Of a DNA stretch of 64,000 nt, positions 49,160 through 62,661 are shown one piece after another. The stretch's first letter is position 1. Every line of letters begins with the position of its first letter. Made by a program: the position numbers and the translations under genes. The notes under the pieces are model-generated. The model made no database searches. It saw only the letters and a program-made list of their open reading frames with translations, and was not told the origin of the DNA. Origin of the DNA: Felis catus (lineage: Eukaryota); NCBI RefSeq assembly GCF_018350175.1, contig NC_058368.1, positions 208,384,001-208,448,000 of the forward strand. Reading direction: 5' to 3'.

Positions 49160-51521
49160 AAGGCAGGACAAAGGCAATTCCTTGCCTCTGAGAAGGCTGT
49201 AGGAAGCAGACTCAAAGTTTCCAAGCAGCCCACATCCAGTCCATCCAGACAGAGGAAATGGGGAGGTGTGAGTAAGGAGGGGCAGGGAAGACCAGGGCTG
49301 GGAGGTGGGCGCAGGAAGCAGAGGAATGCTGGCTCCGTTTCTGGGTTAGTTAGTGACAGTGCAAATAAATGCAGATTTTCTGACGCCGAGAGAAAACCTG
49401 TGGAAAAAAGAAAAAGGCCAATCTCTTCACCTGAGTTTTATTATACTTTTATTTGTGCGTTTCTTAAGAGACGAAGTGAGGAGGAGGGGACTAGAAGATG
49501 TAAAGGTATGATCTGATCGGTGTCCCCAAGCACAAGGGGTTAAGGAAGTGAAAAATAGCTGGGTGAGGGTGACACTTGGTTTGTACCCAGCCCCAGGGGA
49601 GGAGGGGGCTAACAGAAAAAGGTTTAAGCAAGAGAATAAGTTGTGTGGCTTGCCAGGATGGCAGTGCTGCGGGAGGAAGGAGGAATGGGACAGCTTCAAA
49701 GGCTGATTCAAAAAGTAGGAGGGGATGGCTGAGATTCATGTTCTTAAGTTAATTGACAATATGAAGAAAGACCAACAGTGCAGGATGAGGGAGAAGTTAG
49801 CCTGGGTTTCCTCCCCTGTGTAATGGGATGTAACACCCACTGGGAAGGCTGTGCCCATCAGATGGGATGACCCAGCACACTGCATACCATGCACTTGGAA
49901 CTCTGAATGTGGGCTTTATTTCATTTTATCACTCGCATCTATCACAGAGACAAGCGAAGTGCTCTCCAGAGTTAAATTCCAGAAGCGCTAGTAGATTATT
50001 GCCAGCATGACAAAGGAGACTCAAGGCCGAAGATGAAGCTTTGATCCAGACACGTTCAACATGAACCGGAGATAATGGAAAATCAAGGTTTGTGTTTTGG
50101 GACGATGAAAGACATGCCCCAAAAGATTATGACATCCTAGATAGGGATTCTCCCAAGAAGTAATAATAGCTGAGCCATCAACATGAATGAAGCCACACAA
50201 ATAAAATAAGTGTAGGAGAAACCTACAACTGGTAGGATGCCAGTTGGTTCTGGATGCTCCTGGGACCATCGAGCTTATTCATAGTTTCCTTCAGCTTTAG
50301 TGCCTCTTAATTGATCCAGTATGCATGCCTTTCATGTTCCCTATTTCCTTCGTTGTTTATTACTCATTATATGTCCCTGGATGAGTCACATGGCTTTCCT
50401 AACATTAGTTTCCTGGGCTTAACTTGGATGGAATTCAAGATCCTTCCCAGCTCGGACAATCTTGCATCCGTGTTTGAGCATGGTAGCCCCAGGCACATCC
50501 TCCTCAGTCGTGTCTAGACCCCAGCAACTTATCGTGGGAAATGCTACCATGGCTCTGCTGTCTGAGCCAAAGGAATAGACCAAAGTGGAGATGTTGACTT
50601 GCATGTAGGGTAACAGAGAGGGATGGCTTTAATCGCTCTTTGTTCCCAAGCTCTATTATAATTGTGGGTTTAATTGGAAAAAAGCAAACACACACAGGTC
50701 AAGCACTCCACTTTCAATGGGGTGAAAAGCAGTGTATAGCAATATAATAACTTTATTTTGAATGCGTAAGCAAGTACATGTGCATATTTATGTGTCCCCC
50801 TATATCCTCACCATGCAGGTGTATGCCTGGGCTTTCACAAACAGTAGAGAACTATATGGAGGAAAAGGAGGACAAAGAAAAAAAACCGAAGTCAAGAAAA
50901 CAAATAGAGAGTGGAGAAAGGAACAGAAGTGGAGGATACAGAGATAGGAAGAACATTCTCACCATATTCCAAACCCTCCACAGAACTGTAGCTCAGAAGT
51001 TTGATAGCACAATTTCAGATTTTAACTATTTAGCATTTTAATAAGTCAAATAGATAAACAAAATTGTCAGTTCAAACTGATGACTCTTTACAAATGTGTC
51101 CTTCTATAAGAAATCTAAATTTATGCAAAAGATTCATTTGGGGGATAATTGGGATTTTTTCATGAATTTTAAGAAAACTTTTAGGTACTAGTTACTACAG
51201 GGAGATTTTTCCAAATGTTTTGAATGAGAGTAAAATAGACACTTAAGCCAAAGTACGAGCTTTAATTTAATTTATATGTATTCAAAAATAAAGATAAAAC
51301 ATTACTGAAGTGAAAATGTAAGCCAATGAAAAAAGTGGAATATATATAATCTAAATTGCCATTTCGTTAAAATTTTTAAAAATACAAATATTTCATTATT
51401 GGAAGAAAACAATTAGACTTAGGGAAAAAAAATCATTCTTAAAATGTTCTCCATCTTCCTCTCCCACATTTTCTTAGGAAGCCAAACCACATGTTCCATA
51501 ATAGAAAACAGAAATACTCTA

Positions 51522-51680
51522 GGGGCTCCTGGATGTCTCCATCGGTTGAGTGTCCAACTCTTGATTTGGGCTCAGGTTATGACCCCAGGGTTGTGGGACT
51601 GAGCTTCATGTTGGGCTCCGCACTGAGTGTGGGGCCACCTTAAGATTCTCTCTCTTTCCCTCTGCCTCTCTCCCCACTTG

Positions 51681-51736
<56 letters not shown>

Positions 51737-51780
51737 GAAAGAAAGAAAGAGAGAAAGAAAGAAAAAAAGAAGGAAAGAAA
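51522..51780 (+). mobile_element. CanSINE with expanded (CT)n and (GAAA)n tail
   Basis: Diverged SINE head. Degenerate TSD aga(aa/ca)(t/c)actcta. Confidence 0.9.
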
Positions 51781-52416
51781 GACACACTCTAAAACTCAGC
51801 GTACCTTGTCAAGGCACCAAAACATATCCTCTCTTCCTGCAATACTTGCTTAGTCTAAAGAGTAAACTTTAATAGCAAACTATCTCTATGATTACCTATT
51901 GGGATGTTAAAGAACTGAGAATCAACTTTATAAATCCCTAAGGCATCTAAAGCTGTCAAAGGTGTCAACTCCATGATTAAACCATGCTCTAACATGTTTA
52001 TCAGATTGGAAGGTGAGGCAAGCTGAAAATGAGAGGGAGAAGGTGTGATGGTATTTTATTCTCAAACATCCAAACTCATTAGACTACTTTATTTTGCAAA
52101 ACAAGTAAGCATAAAAAAGAGTTTGTAAACTACTAATTTTCTAGATTGTATGTTACTATGTGAATGATACTCAGAATCTAAAATGCTAGAGCTTCCAAAT
52201 TTATTATTGTTTGTGTGTTATATTTTTATTAATCATAAATTAATATGACTGTGGGTAGTTGATTTTCCTTTTAAAGTAATATTTCCTCCCTTCTCCCCAA
52301 ATTTTTTACTTGATCCGATATTTAACCTGCTCAGAATTACTGTTAACATGATATATATATTCCCCAAACAATAATTAGTTTAATGCAACAGTATCTAAAT
52401 AAAACTAGATAATTTA

Positions 52417-52632
52417 GGGGTACCTGGGTGACTCAGTTAGTTAAGTGTCCAACTCTTGCTTTTGGCTCAGGTCATGATCTCACAGTCCGTAGGATCAAAT
52501 TCTGCTTCAGGCTCTGTGCTGACAGCATGGAGCCAGCTTGGGATTCTCTCTCTCCCTTTCTCTCTGCCCCTCCCCTGCTTATACGCTCTCTCTCTCTCTC
52601 TCAAAATAAATAAACTTCAAAAAAAAAAAAAA
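52417..52632 (+). mobile_element. CanSINE
   Basis: Full SINE. TSD ctagat(a/c)attt. Confidence 0.93.
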
Positions 52633-53362
52633 CCTAGATCATTTGAAAGCTAATAAAATGTCAACAAAATAGTTTTCCCTTCAATCTTACAAAAACAAAT
52701 AAAAGCAGATTTCAGTTTCTCGAACAGTCAGGTCACAAACAAAAGGGCATATTACTCAAGAGGACTACCTTGTGAGGAAAACAGCCAGCCGCTTTTAGGC
52801 CAGCAAGATTATGACGTTAGCAAAATTTCTCTTAGCACCGTCTGGCCAGGACTATACTGGCGACCCCATGCACAGCTGATGGAGCTCACCAGCCTGGCAG
52901 CTGTAGAGGTTTTGACTCCCTTCTCCTCCCTCACCCTGAGGACTATGGGTGCAAAAGCAACAAAATGGTTGGCAAGTTTGAAGTGGGCTGGTCAAAGGAG
53001 AGCTTCCAGTTCTTGGCCTGGCCCAGCCCCTTCCTGCCCATGGTAATTCAGCTGAGAACTGGTTCCCAGGAGGCGTGAAGTATACCCCTCAGCAGCCTAT
53101 CTGCCTGTCATACACTTTTGTCTCATTCCCAATCCCTAGCTCCTCCATCACAGAGTACTGCTACTTGTCAAGCCTACTAGCGTATGCTGTTGAAGAGTTT
53201 GCAAGAAGTGATTTAGGCTGCTGTTAAAAAGGGCCCTATTCCCAAGCAAAGTGCAAATGAGAGATAACAGTTTTGCCTTTCTGAGGGGCTATTTGCATTT
53301 CCACAGAATATCCAAGCAAGGAATGAAGTAAATAGCCCAAAATGCAAACGGGTGGCTCTCGA

Positions 53363-53535
53363 TCAGTGGCTCATAACTTAGATGCACATTAGAATCTCAA
53401 GGAGAAATATCATAAAATTGTAATGCCTGGGCTCCATCCCTAGAGATTCTCATTTAGTCAGGGCTGAGGCATCAGCACGGGTTTTTAGAAGCTCCCCGAG
53501 TGATTTCGGTGTGCGGTCAGGTTGGGAACTCTTGA
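53363..53535. mobile_element. MER5-family hAT-Charlie MITE
   Basis: cagtgg...tgcacattagaatc...atgcctgggctcca...agagattct...aagctcccc..gtgatt...ggttgggaac. Confidence 0.7.
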
Positions 53536-53654
53536 TCTAGAGTGGGAGGTGTTAACACTGAAGCTGGAAGGTGAAGGCTGATGAGCACTGGAGAAGCGGT
53601 CAGGAGGAGGACGGTGTAGATAGGACTGCTCTAGCGGATGGGAGGCTGGTCTGG

Positions 53655-53822
53655 AGCAGCACTTCTCCAACTCTAATATGCACACTCATCTCTTGGGGTC
53701 TTGTCAAAGTGAGGATTATGATTCAGTAGGTCTGGGTGGCTCCTGAGAGTCTGCATTTCTATCAAGCTCCCAGATGATGCCCATGCTGCTGATCCAGAGG
53801 CCATATTTGACTGGCAAGGATC
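53655..53822. mobile_element. MER5A-like MITE
   Basis: gattcagtaggtctgggtgg..cctgagagtctgcatttcta.caagctcccagatgatgc..atgctgctg. Confidence 0.8.
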
Positions 53823-54180
53823 TAGATGATCTTGAAGATCCCTTCTGATCCTAAGAGTCTATGATTCTCTGAATTGAGACCAACAGGACCAGCAGAGAGA
53901 TTTTTCCAGAGAGGGAACCTGAAGGCTTGAACCACAGGACACTGTATTTTCCTAGCCCTGAAATGATGATGAACAAATTTGCCATGGGGCAAAATTCCCT
54001 CCTAGTACAGTCAGAGGAGTCAGGTTGCTATGGACCCAGTCAAGAAGCAGATGTGCTAAGGAAGCATTTCAGAGGTCAGAGGGAATCGAGGAGCCTACTC
54101 ACATGCTCTCCTGAGTAGACCTGGAATAAGCTTGGAAATCCAGGCATCAGAGTAAGGTACAAAAAGGTAGGAACAAGACT

Positions 54181-54391
54181 GGGGCGCCTTGGTGGCTTAG
54201 TCGGTTAAGCGCCCGACATCAGCTCAGGTCATGATTTTGTGGTCCGTGAGTTTGAGCCCTGTGTTGGGCTCTGTGCTGACAGCTCAGAGCCTGGAGCCTG
54301 CTTCGGATTCTGTGTCTCCCTCTCTCTCTGCCCCTCCCCTGCTCATGCTCTATCTCTCAAAAATAAATAAACATTAAAAATATTAAAAAAA
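54181..54391 (+). mobile_element. CanSINE (SINEC_Fc-type)
   Basis: Full SINE head, body and A tail. Confidence 0.95.
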
Positions 54392-54500
54392 TGTGAAGAC
54401 ATATTTGGACAAAAGAACTAAAGATAAATGAAGTAAATGCACATAAAGGGTAATCACACTAGTTTTAACTGAATTGATACAACAGCAGGTGGGATGATCT

Positions 54501-54711
54501 TGGTTTTTTTAATCTTTTAAAATTTTATTTTAGAGAAGGAGAGAGTGTATGAGCAGGGATGAGGGGCAGAGGGAGAGACCGAGAGAATCTCAAGCAAGCT
54601 CCACACTCAGCATGGGGCCTGATGCAGAACTCGATCCCACAACCCTGGGATCACAACCTGAGCCAAAATCAAGAATTGGACACTCAACCAACTGAGCCAC
54701 CCAGGCACCCC
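54501..54711 (-). mobile_element. CanSINE (older subfamily)
   Basis: TSD ggatgatct at 54492-54500 and 54713-54721. Confidence 0.93.
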
Positions 54712-55061
54712 AGGATGATCTATTCTGCAGCAATTTAAAAATCTTGCAGGGATTCAATAAAACATGTTTTTAATTTTGGTGTTATTCTTTATCAAATATT
54801 CTGTCTAAAAGGAGTACTACCTTTTGGGGTTTTGGTTTTCTGAAGAAATTTTTTAACTGTGCTGAGACCATGACCACGACTCATCATAGGACAAAGACGA
54901 GGATGTAAACTGCAACTGGAAAAGAAACAAAATCTAGAGCTAGAAAGAGTATTTTCACAGAACTTCTGAAGTCAGCGATTTTACAAAACACCAAAAGCCT
55001 ATCCACACAATGAACGTGACAACTTTCAAAGTCCTCCAGGATTCCCAAGAGTGATCTAGTG

Positions 55062-55895
55062 CAGTGGTTTTTTAAAATGATATTGGGGGCGGGGGGGGGG
55101 GTCTGTGGATGGGGTCTCTGAGACCTTTTCAGGGAGTCTGTCAGTTAAAACTATCCTGATAATGATAGTAAGATGTCATTTTGCCTTTTTGACTTACATG
55201 AGTCATGAATATCTGCTGGAGATTTCCAGAGGCTGTGTGTCATGTCATGTCACAGCAGACTGAATACAGAAGCCGGTGGAGAACTCAGCTCTCTTCTACT
55301 AAACCTGACATTAAAGAGATGTGCAGAAATGGGAAATGATGTCATTCTCACTAATGTTTTTATTTTGAAAAATATATTATTTTTTATTAAAATATTTTTA
55401 ATTAAAATATATTAGTTTTTTTTTATTTTTTATTAAAATAAAATAATTAAACTTTTTTATTAAATTATTTTTTATTAAAATATATTAGTTAGGGGCGCCT
55501 GGGTGGCTCAGTCAGTTGAGTGTCTGACCCTTGATCTCGGTTCAGGTCATGATCTCACAGTTGGTGAGTTCGAGCCCTGCATCAGGCTCTGCATTGACAG
55601 TGCTTTGGGATTCTCTCTTTCCCTCTCTCTCTGCCCTTCCCCACTGTGCTCTCTCTTTCAAAATAAATAATAAGCATTTAAAATAAATAAGTAAACATAT
55701 ATATATGATTTACATGAACATATATAATGGGTTTAATTATTTTTAAAAATATTTTTAAAATTTCTTAGTTTTAGTTTTTATGACAGTAAATATTGACAGA
55801 GACAACCCATGTAAACAAAAACTCTTTGGTGTCCTCAATAATATTTAATTGTATAAAAGGGTCCTGAGCTAAAAAAAAAAAAGCTTTGAACTGTT
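55062..55895 (+). mobile_element. MER119-like hAT-Charlie element with nested SINE
   Basis: cagtggtt...tgagacctttt caggg...cagactgaatacagaagc...gacattaaagagat...ctctttgg.gtcctcaataa...gggtcctgag matches a recalled Charlie-derived consensus. Confidence 0.7.
55492..55692 (+). mobile_element. CanSINE
   Basis: ggggcgcctgggtggctcag head, CT tract and A tail. Confidence 0.93.
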
Positions 55896-55904
55896 AGTCT
55901 AGGT

Positions 55905-56065
55905 CCTTGTTCTCAAAATGTGGTCCATGGACCGACAGCATTGGCCTTGTTTTCAACATGTGGTTCACAGACCAAAATCTTGGTGCCTCCTCAGACCTAT
56001 TGAATCGGAACCTGCATTTTTGCAAGGTCTCCAAGTGATTCGTGTACACAGGTTGAAAAGCATCG
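55905..56065. mobile_element. MER5A-like MITE
   Basis: ttctcaaa.tgtggtcc...cagaccta.tgaatc.gaa.ctgcatttt..caag.tctcca.gtgattcg. Confidence 0.7.
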
Positions 56066-56104
56066 GACTATAGCCTTTCTTTATTCAGTCAATCCTAATC
56101 TTGA

Positions 56105-56335
56105 TACAGCACAGTGATGAAAAATGTGGACTCTTGGAATTCCATCTTCACTACACCCTAGTTGGGTGAAGTTAGGCAAACTACATAGCATCTTCATGCC
56201 TCAGTTTCCTCATCTGTAAAATGGGGGAAATAATAATACCCAGCTCATAGAGTTGTTACGGAGATAAATGAACTAATATACGCAAATGTGTAGAATGATG
56301 CCTGGCCTAGAATAAGCATTCAGTAAATACTGAGA
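56105..56335 (+). mobile_element. MIR
   Basis: tgcctcagtttcctcatctgtaaaatgggg..aataatacc..ctcatagagttgtt. Confidence 0.85.
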
Positions 56336-56659
56336 GCTTAGTAAATTTTCATAGTTTTAGTTGCTATCCCTACTTCAGGAAGTGTAAAGATCAGTGGGAA
56401 GACAGAGATCCAAGCAACTGCCATACAGTGAAGCTTCCAGAGGACTCCTTGTGTGTTCAAAAAGGCAGAGGGAGCCTGGGGCCTGCCCTAGGAAGCCATG
56501 GATTTTATTCTGAAACTCCAAGGATAATGGGTCTTTCCAAATGGCCAAGTATGGAGAAGGCATACTCCATAGTTTCTAGAAAGAGCAAGGGAAAGGCAGA
56601 GAAACAAGGGAGAGTGTGACACAAGTGAGGAACTACTGTTTTCCTTGCCACAAGCCTTT

Positions 56660-56795
56660 GAGTTCCACAGATGAGAAAACTGAGGTACAGAGAGGTTAAG
56701 TAACTGGCCCAAGGTCACCGAGCTAATAAAAGAAGCAGTCAGGATCCAAACAAAGGCAGGTGGGCTCCCAAGCCCATGTATTTTCCACTATGTGA
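56660..56795 (-). mobile_element. MIR
   Basis: acagatgagaaaactgagg..cagagaggttaagtaact.gcccaaggtcac. Confidence 0.85.
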
Positions 56796-57694
56796 AACAG
56801 CCTCTGTCCATAATGCCAATACTCAGAGATTTTTGAAATTTGTTCTATGGCTAATAAGTGACATACATATGTTTGCAAATGTTCCAGGTTCTCTATTCGG
56901 TGGGGTATTGGGTTCTATATGTCTCCATAAATCAAATCTATTTGCTGTACTGCTCAAATCTGGATGGAGTCCATTCACAAAAGGTTTGTTTGCCAGACAA
57001 AGGAATCCAGATACCGTCCTGTAAATCATGACGGAGCCTTGCAGACTTGTTATGGGAGGGTGGAAATCTAATCTCAAGATTCTAAAGATCGGTCCATTGG
57101 ATGTTGTGGCAGATTACATTCATGCAAAGTGATACCATGATGAAGATCTTCTAAAAAGGCAAGAAAAAAAAATACCTCAAAGAGCATGGGACATAAGCTA
57201 GATCCTACTAAAAGTGCACCAATGTTCACAAGTGGAGGTCTTCACCTACATGCACGGGTTGGGCATTGTTCTCAGAGAGCCGAACCAAGGAGAGCTCTTT
57301 GTTAAACTCTACTTGGGGATTTGGGATTTAAATTTATCCTTAGGTCATGAGACCTCTGACCAGGAGGTGTATATGTTTTAATCAACAGAAAAATCAGTCT
57401 AAAAACTATGTTGGATTTTGGGAAGTCATCAAAATGGGCCATCTGAGCAGGTTCCTGCCTCCTTTCCCATGGAGTTGTAAACAAACAAGTTGTAGAAAGC
57501 CCCAGCAAATACTTGTGCCTGCCACCCCACACCCTTCACCCATCAGAGCAAAGTGAAAGGGACCTTCCCTCAAATAAGTTCCATTGGTGGCCAGCCAGAG
57601 GGAGGGGGCTTCCTTTCTGCCCCTAAAGGGGCAGATGCCCATCCACATAAGAAGGGGGCAAATCAACACATGTGGGTAATTAAAGTAAGGGGAA

Positions 57695-57918
57695 AAATCC
57701 ATATTAAAGGCAAAACTATAGGGACATTAAAAAGATTAGTGGTTGCTAGGGGCTGTGGTGGGTGGAGGGATTGCCTACAAGGGGTATGATATATTTTGTG
57801 GGGATGATAAAACTGCTTTATATATTGACTGTGGTTACCCAAGTGTATGTTTGTCAACTTTTCTAGAACAGTATGCTATATGTAAATTATACCTCAATTA
57901 GCCTGACTTTTTAAAAAT
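57695..57918 (+). mobile_element. Old L1 3' end fragment
   Basis: aaaggcaaaactataggga...agattagtggttgc.agggg...tatgtaaattatacctcaa. Confidence 0.75.
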
Positions 57919-59665
57919 TGCGTATTACTTCTCTTCTATTTTTAATTTGTTCTCTCTGTATTTCCTTAACATTCTTTCACAGCTATTTCCTGAGTGCTCA
58001 GTATTTGCCTGGTACAAAGCTAAACGTTTAATATCATGTCGAACCATTTCAAATTGCAATTTCCATAGGCCAAAAGATAGTCAAATATCATCTATTTCAT
58101 GTGCTTTAACTTAATGTTTACCACAACCCTAGTACCATTATTATCTTCATTTTGAGGTACAGAATGAGGCTCAGGGTGGTTAAGCAATTTTCCCCAAAAC
58201 ACAGTGAGGAGTGAAGCCACTTCCAAAAAATATATATAATTAACGCAGCAAAGTGGTAAAACACTGAGATTCCCAAGGAAGAAAGAAGACCCTCCCACAA
58301 TACCATCAACCAAAGTGATAACATCTTGGTGTATTATCATCAAATATTTTCCTAAGCGTTCAATAAAAACTATTCTGATGCTTTTTTTTTTAATAAACGA
58401 AGAAAAGAAATGCAGACATTGAATAACTACAGGAGAGGTTATAAATGAAGATTTTTGTCTTACTTCAGCTTGCCAGGCATTCTGATAATTGAAAAACAGT
58501 TTAATGCTATTTTCCGCACTAACAGTTTTAATTTTTCCAATTCATCTTCTCCTCTCCTCACTTTCTACCCCTTAATGGTGGAGTCGACATCACATATTTA
58601 AGATGGCTATTGATAATTATCACGAGTTTCCAATGCAACGGTAGCACTTAGAAAGAGCCTAAGAATACAGGGGTCCATGTAACTAATTACCACACGAATT
58701 TATCTCGAGGGCCTCCTTATCTCCTCCCTCCTGTGAGTCATTGATAACTTGCCCGCTCCAGATGAATTCACTGTGTCAGAAATAGAGAAAGAGCATTGTA
58801 GAGTTCATTCCAGCTGCCAGAGAGGCTCAATAAGCCCCCAAGAAGCTTTTGAAAAATCAAAAAACTCTTAAAAAGGTCTTTAAAAGTAGTTTTTCACGTT
58901 TGGCCCAACAAAGTGATAATGCTTCTTTAAAGATAGCGGGCATATGAGCCAATCAATACACTATTAAGACACTGGCAGCACTGAGATAGGATTACATGGT
59001 GAAGAAATTGTGAAACCTTGAACTTTTCATTTTCAGCAAGAAGAATTGAGGGAAGTGGCTTTTTAAAATTTATTTTTATCTGAATAGCCTTAGGTAATGC
59101 AATTTTTCATTTTAGATCAGGAAGTTCACCCTCAGTCCACATACGACCGAAGGCTCGAGTTAACTTTATATCTTTTTTATAGCATGACTTTATCCCCAGG
59201 TCTGGTCCAGCTTCCTGGTTTGGTGGGAAAACACAACTCCTTAACTCATAAAGACTTTTTCCAATGACTTCCCTTATTCCATTATTGAAACTATAGGAGC
59301 TTAACCAGATAAACTTACAAAGGAATCTGGCTGCACTTACATGTTAACTTGAGGTCTGAAACACTTTCTAAATAGAAGTCGGTGGTCTGTAAGAGATTTT
59401 TTAAGGCTGGAAGGATCTGTAGAAGTCATTGTATTCCACCCCCAAATTCACAGATAACGAAATGGAGACCCAGAGGCGTTGACTTAAGACCACACAAATG
59501 GATGGATAATATTGGAGTTCAAAATCATCCTAAAACCTTGGCCCTTTCTACTCTATGTGTATCTTAGTATCACTTTAGGGAGCTTAAAAAACTCTGATGC
59601 GCAAGCTACACCTCAAAATAAGACAATTACAATCTCTTGAGTGGGACTCAGGCATCAGTGTTTTT

Positions 59666-59896
59666 TTGTTTTTTTTTTTTTAATTTTTTTTTCAACGTTT
59701 ATTTATTTTTGGGACAGCGAGAGACAGAGCATGAACGGGGGAGGGGCAGAGAGAGAGGGAGACACAGAATCGGAAACAGGCTCCAGGCTCTGAGCCATCA
59801 GCCCAGAGCCCGACGCGGGGCTCGAACTCACAGACCGCGAGATGGTGACCTGAGCTGAAGTCGGCCGCTTAACCGACTGAGCCACCCAGGTGCCCC
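59666..59896 (-). mobile_element. Young CanSINE (SINEC_Fc) inserted in a MER5-like element (about 59560-59960)
   Basis: TSD gcatcagtgttttt at 59652-59665 and 59897-59910. Confidence 0.95.
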
Positions 59897-60104
59897 GCAT
59901 CAGTGTTTTTTAAACTTTTGGGGAGACCATGATGTTTACTTCCAAGTGCAGAGAACCACTGGGTTGAGCTTCTTGCTATTTTGAGTATTCACTTTTACAA
60001 AGGCAACTATCAACATTACTAGAAGCATTTGACATGCATGATTTTGAACATACTCCAGGTCAGATCTTGTCCTTCAATTTTAATGACATGTGGAAGTCAT
60101 TAGT

Positions 60105-60475
60105 ACTATTTCAAAAATATCTTTGGCTCCTTGTCTTCCAAGTACTCAGTAGGATGACACATCCTGGCCCCTTGTGATTGAGTGGGGCCTGTGACCAATG
60201 CTGGTCAATGAGTTGAGAACAAACATTTCTTTGGGCCTGAGTACTTAATTCCTGGTCCAAGCCCTTCCAAGGCTCTCAGTCTGTCTGTCACAATAACTAA
60301 CCATGATCCACAGAGTGGCGACTCTGTAATCCTGGTCCCAGAGTGAGGTCAACACTCACAATGGATATGTTGCATGGATGAAAAATAGATCCTGTGTTTT
60401 GTTTTTTGTTTTTTTAAGCCACTGAGATTTTGAGGTTCTCTGTTACCACAGGATAACCTAACCCATCTTGAAAGA
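60105..60475 (+). mobile_element. MLT1-type MaLR LTR
   Basis: cttgtgattgagtggggcctgtgacc...ctggtcaatgag and terminal taagccactgagattttgaggtt..tgttaccacag.ataaccta. Confidence 0.75.
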
Positions 60476-60509
60476 TTCACCATAGAATCTTAAGATTAGT
60501 ATTACATGA

Positions 60510-60732
60510 GGGGCACCTGGGTGGCTCAGTCGGTTGAGCGTCGAACTTCGGCTCAGGTCATGATCTCGCGGTCTTTGAGTTCGAGCCCTGCGTCAGGCTC
60601 TGTGCTGACAGCTCAGAGCCTGGAGCCTGTTTCTGATTCTGTGTCTCCCTCTATCTCTGCCCCTCCCCCACACATGCTCTGTCTCTCTCTGCCTCTCAAA
60701 AATAAAGAAAACTAATTAAAAAAATGAAAAAA
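60510..60732 (+). mobile_element. CanSINE (SINEC_Fc-type)
   Basis: 18-bp TSD aagattagtatta(c/t)atga at 60492-60509 and 60733-60750. Confidence 0.96.
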
Positions 60733-62485
60733 AAGATTAGTATTATATGAAAAATTATTTTTAAAAGAGAAACATGTTTTCTCTAAAATCAGTATTCAAG
60801 AGTTCATTGTTTTCCCCTTTCTACTAAGAATGGATCTTAAATACTTAATCTCAAACTCAAATTTTTGAAAAGTCTTGTCTTGTTCCCAACATTCACCGTG
60901 TTATTTTCATGTATCATCAAAAGTCAGCTAAAAGAATCACATACAAGATCCCCAGATATTCAGAAATGAGAACATTTCTTTAGGAGACTTAAGTCTTTTC
61001 AACACACACATGGAGATTTCTTCTAACGTTACTGCTGTTGTAATATTTACCAGCGGACTCACACCTGAACCTATGTTTGTCTTTTTACACTCTTGAGTTG
61101 TTGTTTAAAGTTGTTTAGAATTTTTAAAGTCTCCAATGGGGTCAGTCATTTGCTGTTAAAATCCATATGGTTATATGACTTATGACCCAAGTTATTGGCC
61201 AGACCATCACTCTGGGGTCTGGAAACATGACCTCTAACTTACTTCTTGAGCTCAAATCTTAATGTTGTTATTCCTGAATATAATATCTGTCCCCTTCTTC
61301 TTCTTCCCTAGAAATTTTGGTAATAACAGAGGTCAACTGGAGCCCATGAATTTGACTGCCTCAGAGGAAAGGCTACAACTCAACCTACAGGTGGAAGAGG
61401 CAAAATGCACCAGCACCAAATACGGGCTTAATCCAGCCAAGATGATATCCCAGGATGGGGAGAAATAAATAATGGGTAACTGAGGGTCAGAGCCATGGGT
61501 ATAAGAGGCTAGGAAAAGGCTGGGGAGACACCACACGAGGTCTAATAACCCCTAGCCAATTAATAATAAATTCACTTCGCATGCAGGCAAACACAACTGA
61601 CAGGACAATCCAGCACTGTAAGGGTGAAGTGGGGTGAATTTGTTGACCTAGAAATGAGGTTTTCCTCTTCTAACATGTATAAGTCTATGACTAGCACTGG
61701 AGCCTTGTTACGCTGTAGTACCATTATAGACTTCTAAGTCAGGGTGGTCCTTCAAAGGCTTCTTGGACCCTGTAGGGTCTCATTTTACGTAGTTGATGAA
61801 ACAGATCCATTTTCAACATTTACTTTCATTCCTTTGATTCCTCTGGGAAATTTCTCCGCACCTCCAATAGCCAATCCTGCAACTCAGTGATGGTTCCACA
61901 ACTTCAAGAATAAAAAATGTGAAGAATAGAGGTGAAGTTAGTTTGGAAGACAATCAAGAACTTTCTAAGCATGCTTTTTTTTTCTCTGAAAAGGGAATAC
62001 ATTTCTACTGACTGAAAGTTAAAATCTGCAATTTGCTCCAAAAATATGATCAGAGTAGTAGCCTCGACTATGGTCTAGAGGAGAGACTACACATTTGGAA
62101 ACAAAGGTTTCAGATTCAAGTCTCACCCTCTCTTTCACCAATTCTGCAATTGTGAGAAAATTAGATATACTTTCAGACCTTAGGCTTTTTATTCTGTAAA
62201 ATGGGATAATAATAAACTTGCTCTGTCTCAGCTATGGCATTGGGATCCATTTGTATGATATACTTTTCAAACTCTGGGCTTCATATTGTTATTGATATAA
62301 GAGTATCTGAAGGTTTAATCATAATCATTAATGAAAATGGGTTTTGAGGAGCAATAAAAGACAATGTTATGATGATTGCTATTTATTTTTAAAATTCCAA
62401 AACTGGCAAAGTTCTGGAAATGTATTAAATACTCTGAGGCTATTATTGCCCTAGTAGGACAAGCACATTTCAGGGGTGTCCTTTA

Positions 62486-62661
62486 TTTTTTTTTTAATTT
62501 TTTTTTCAACGTTTATTTATTTTTGGGACAGAGAGAGACAGAGCATGAACGGGGGAGGGGCAGAGAGAGAGGGAGACACAGAATCGGAAGCAGGCTCCAG
62601 GCTCTGAGCCATCAGCCCAGAGCCCTACGCGGGGCTCGAACTCACGGACCGCAAGATCAAA
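62486..62661 (-). mobile_element. 5'-truncated young CanSINE (SINEC_Fc)
   Basis: Lacks the head and A box. Perfect 14-bp TSD aggggtgtccttta at 62472-62485 and 62662-62675. Confidence 0.95.

Noticed and set aside
55365..55490. AT-only stretch with repeated tttttattaaaatat
   Set aside because: Low-complexity slippage inside a DNA-transposon remnant next to a SINE, with no evidence of function.
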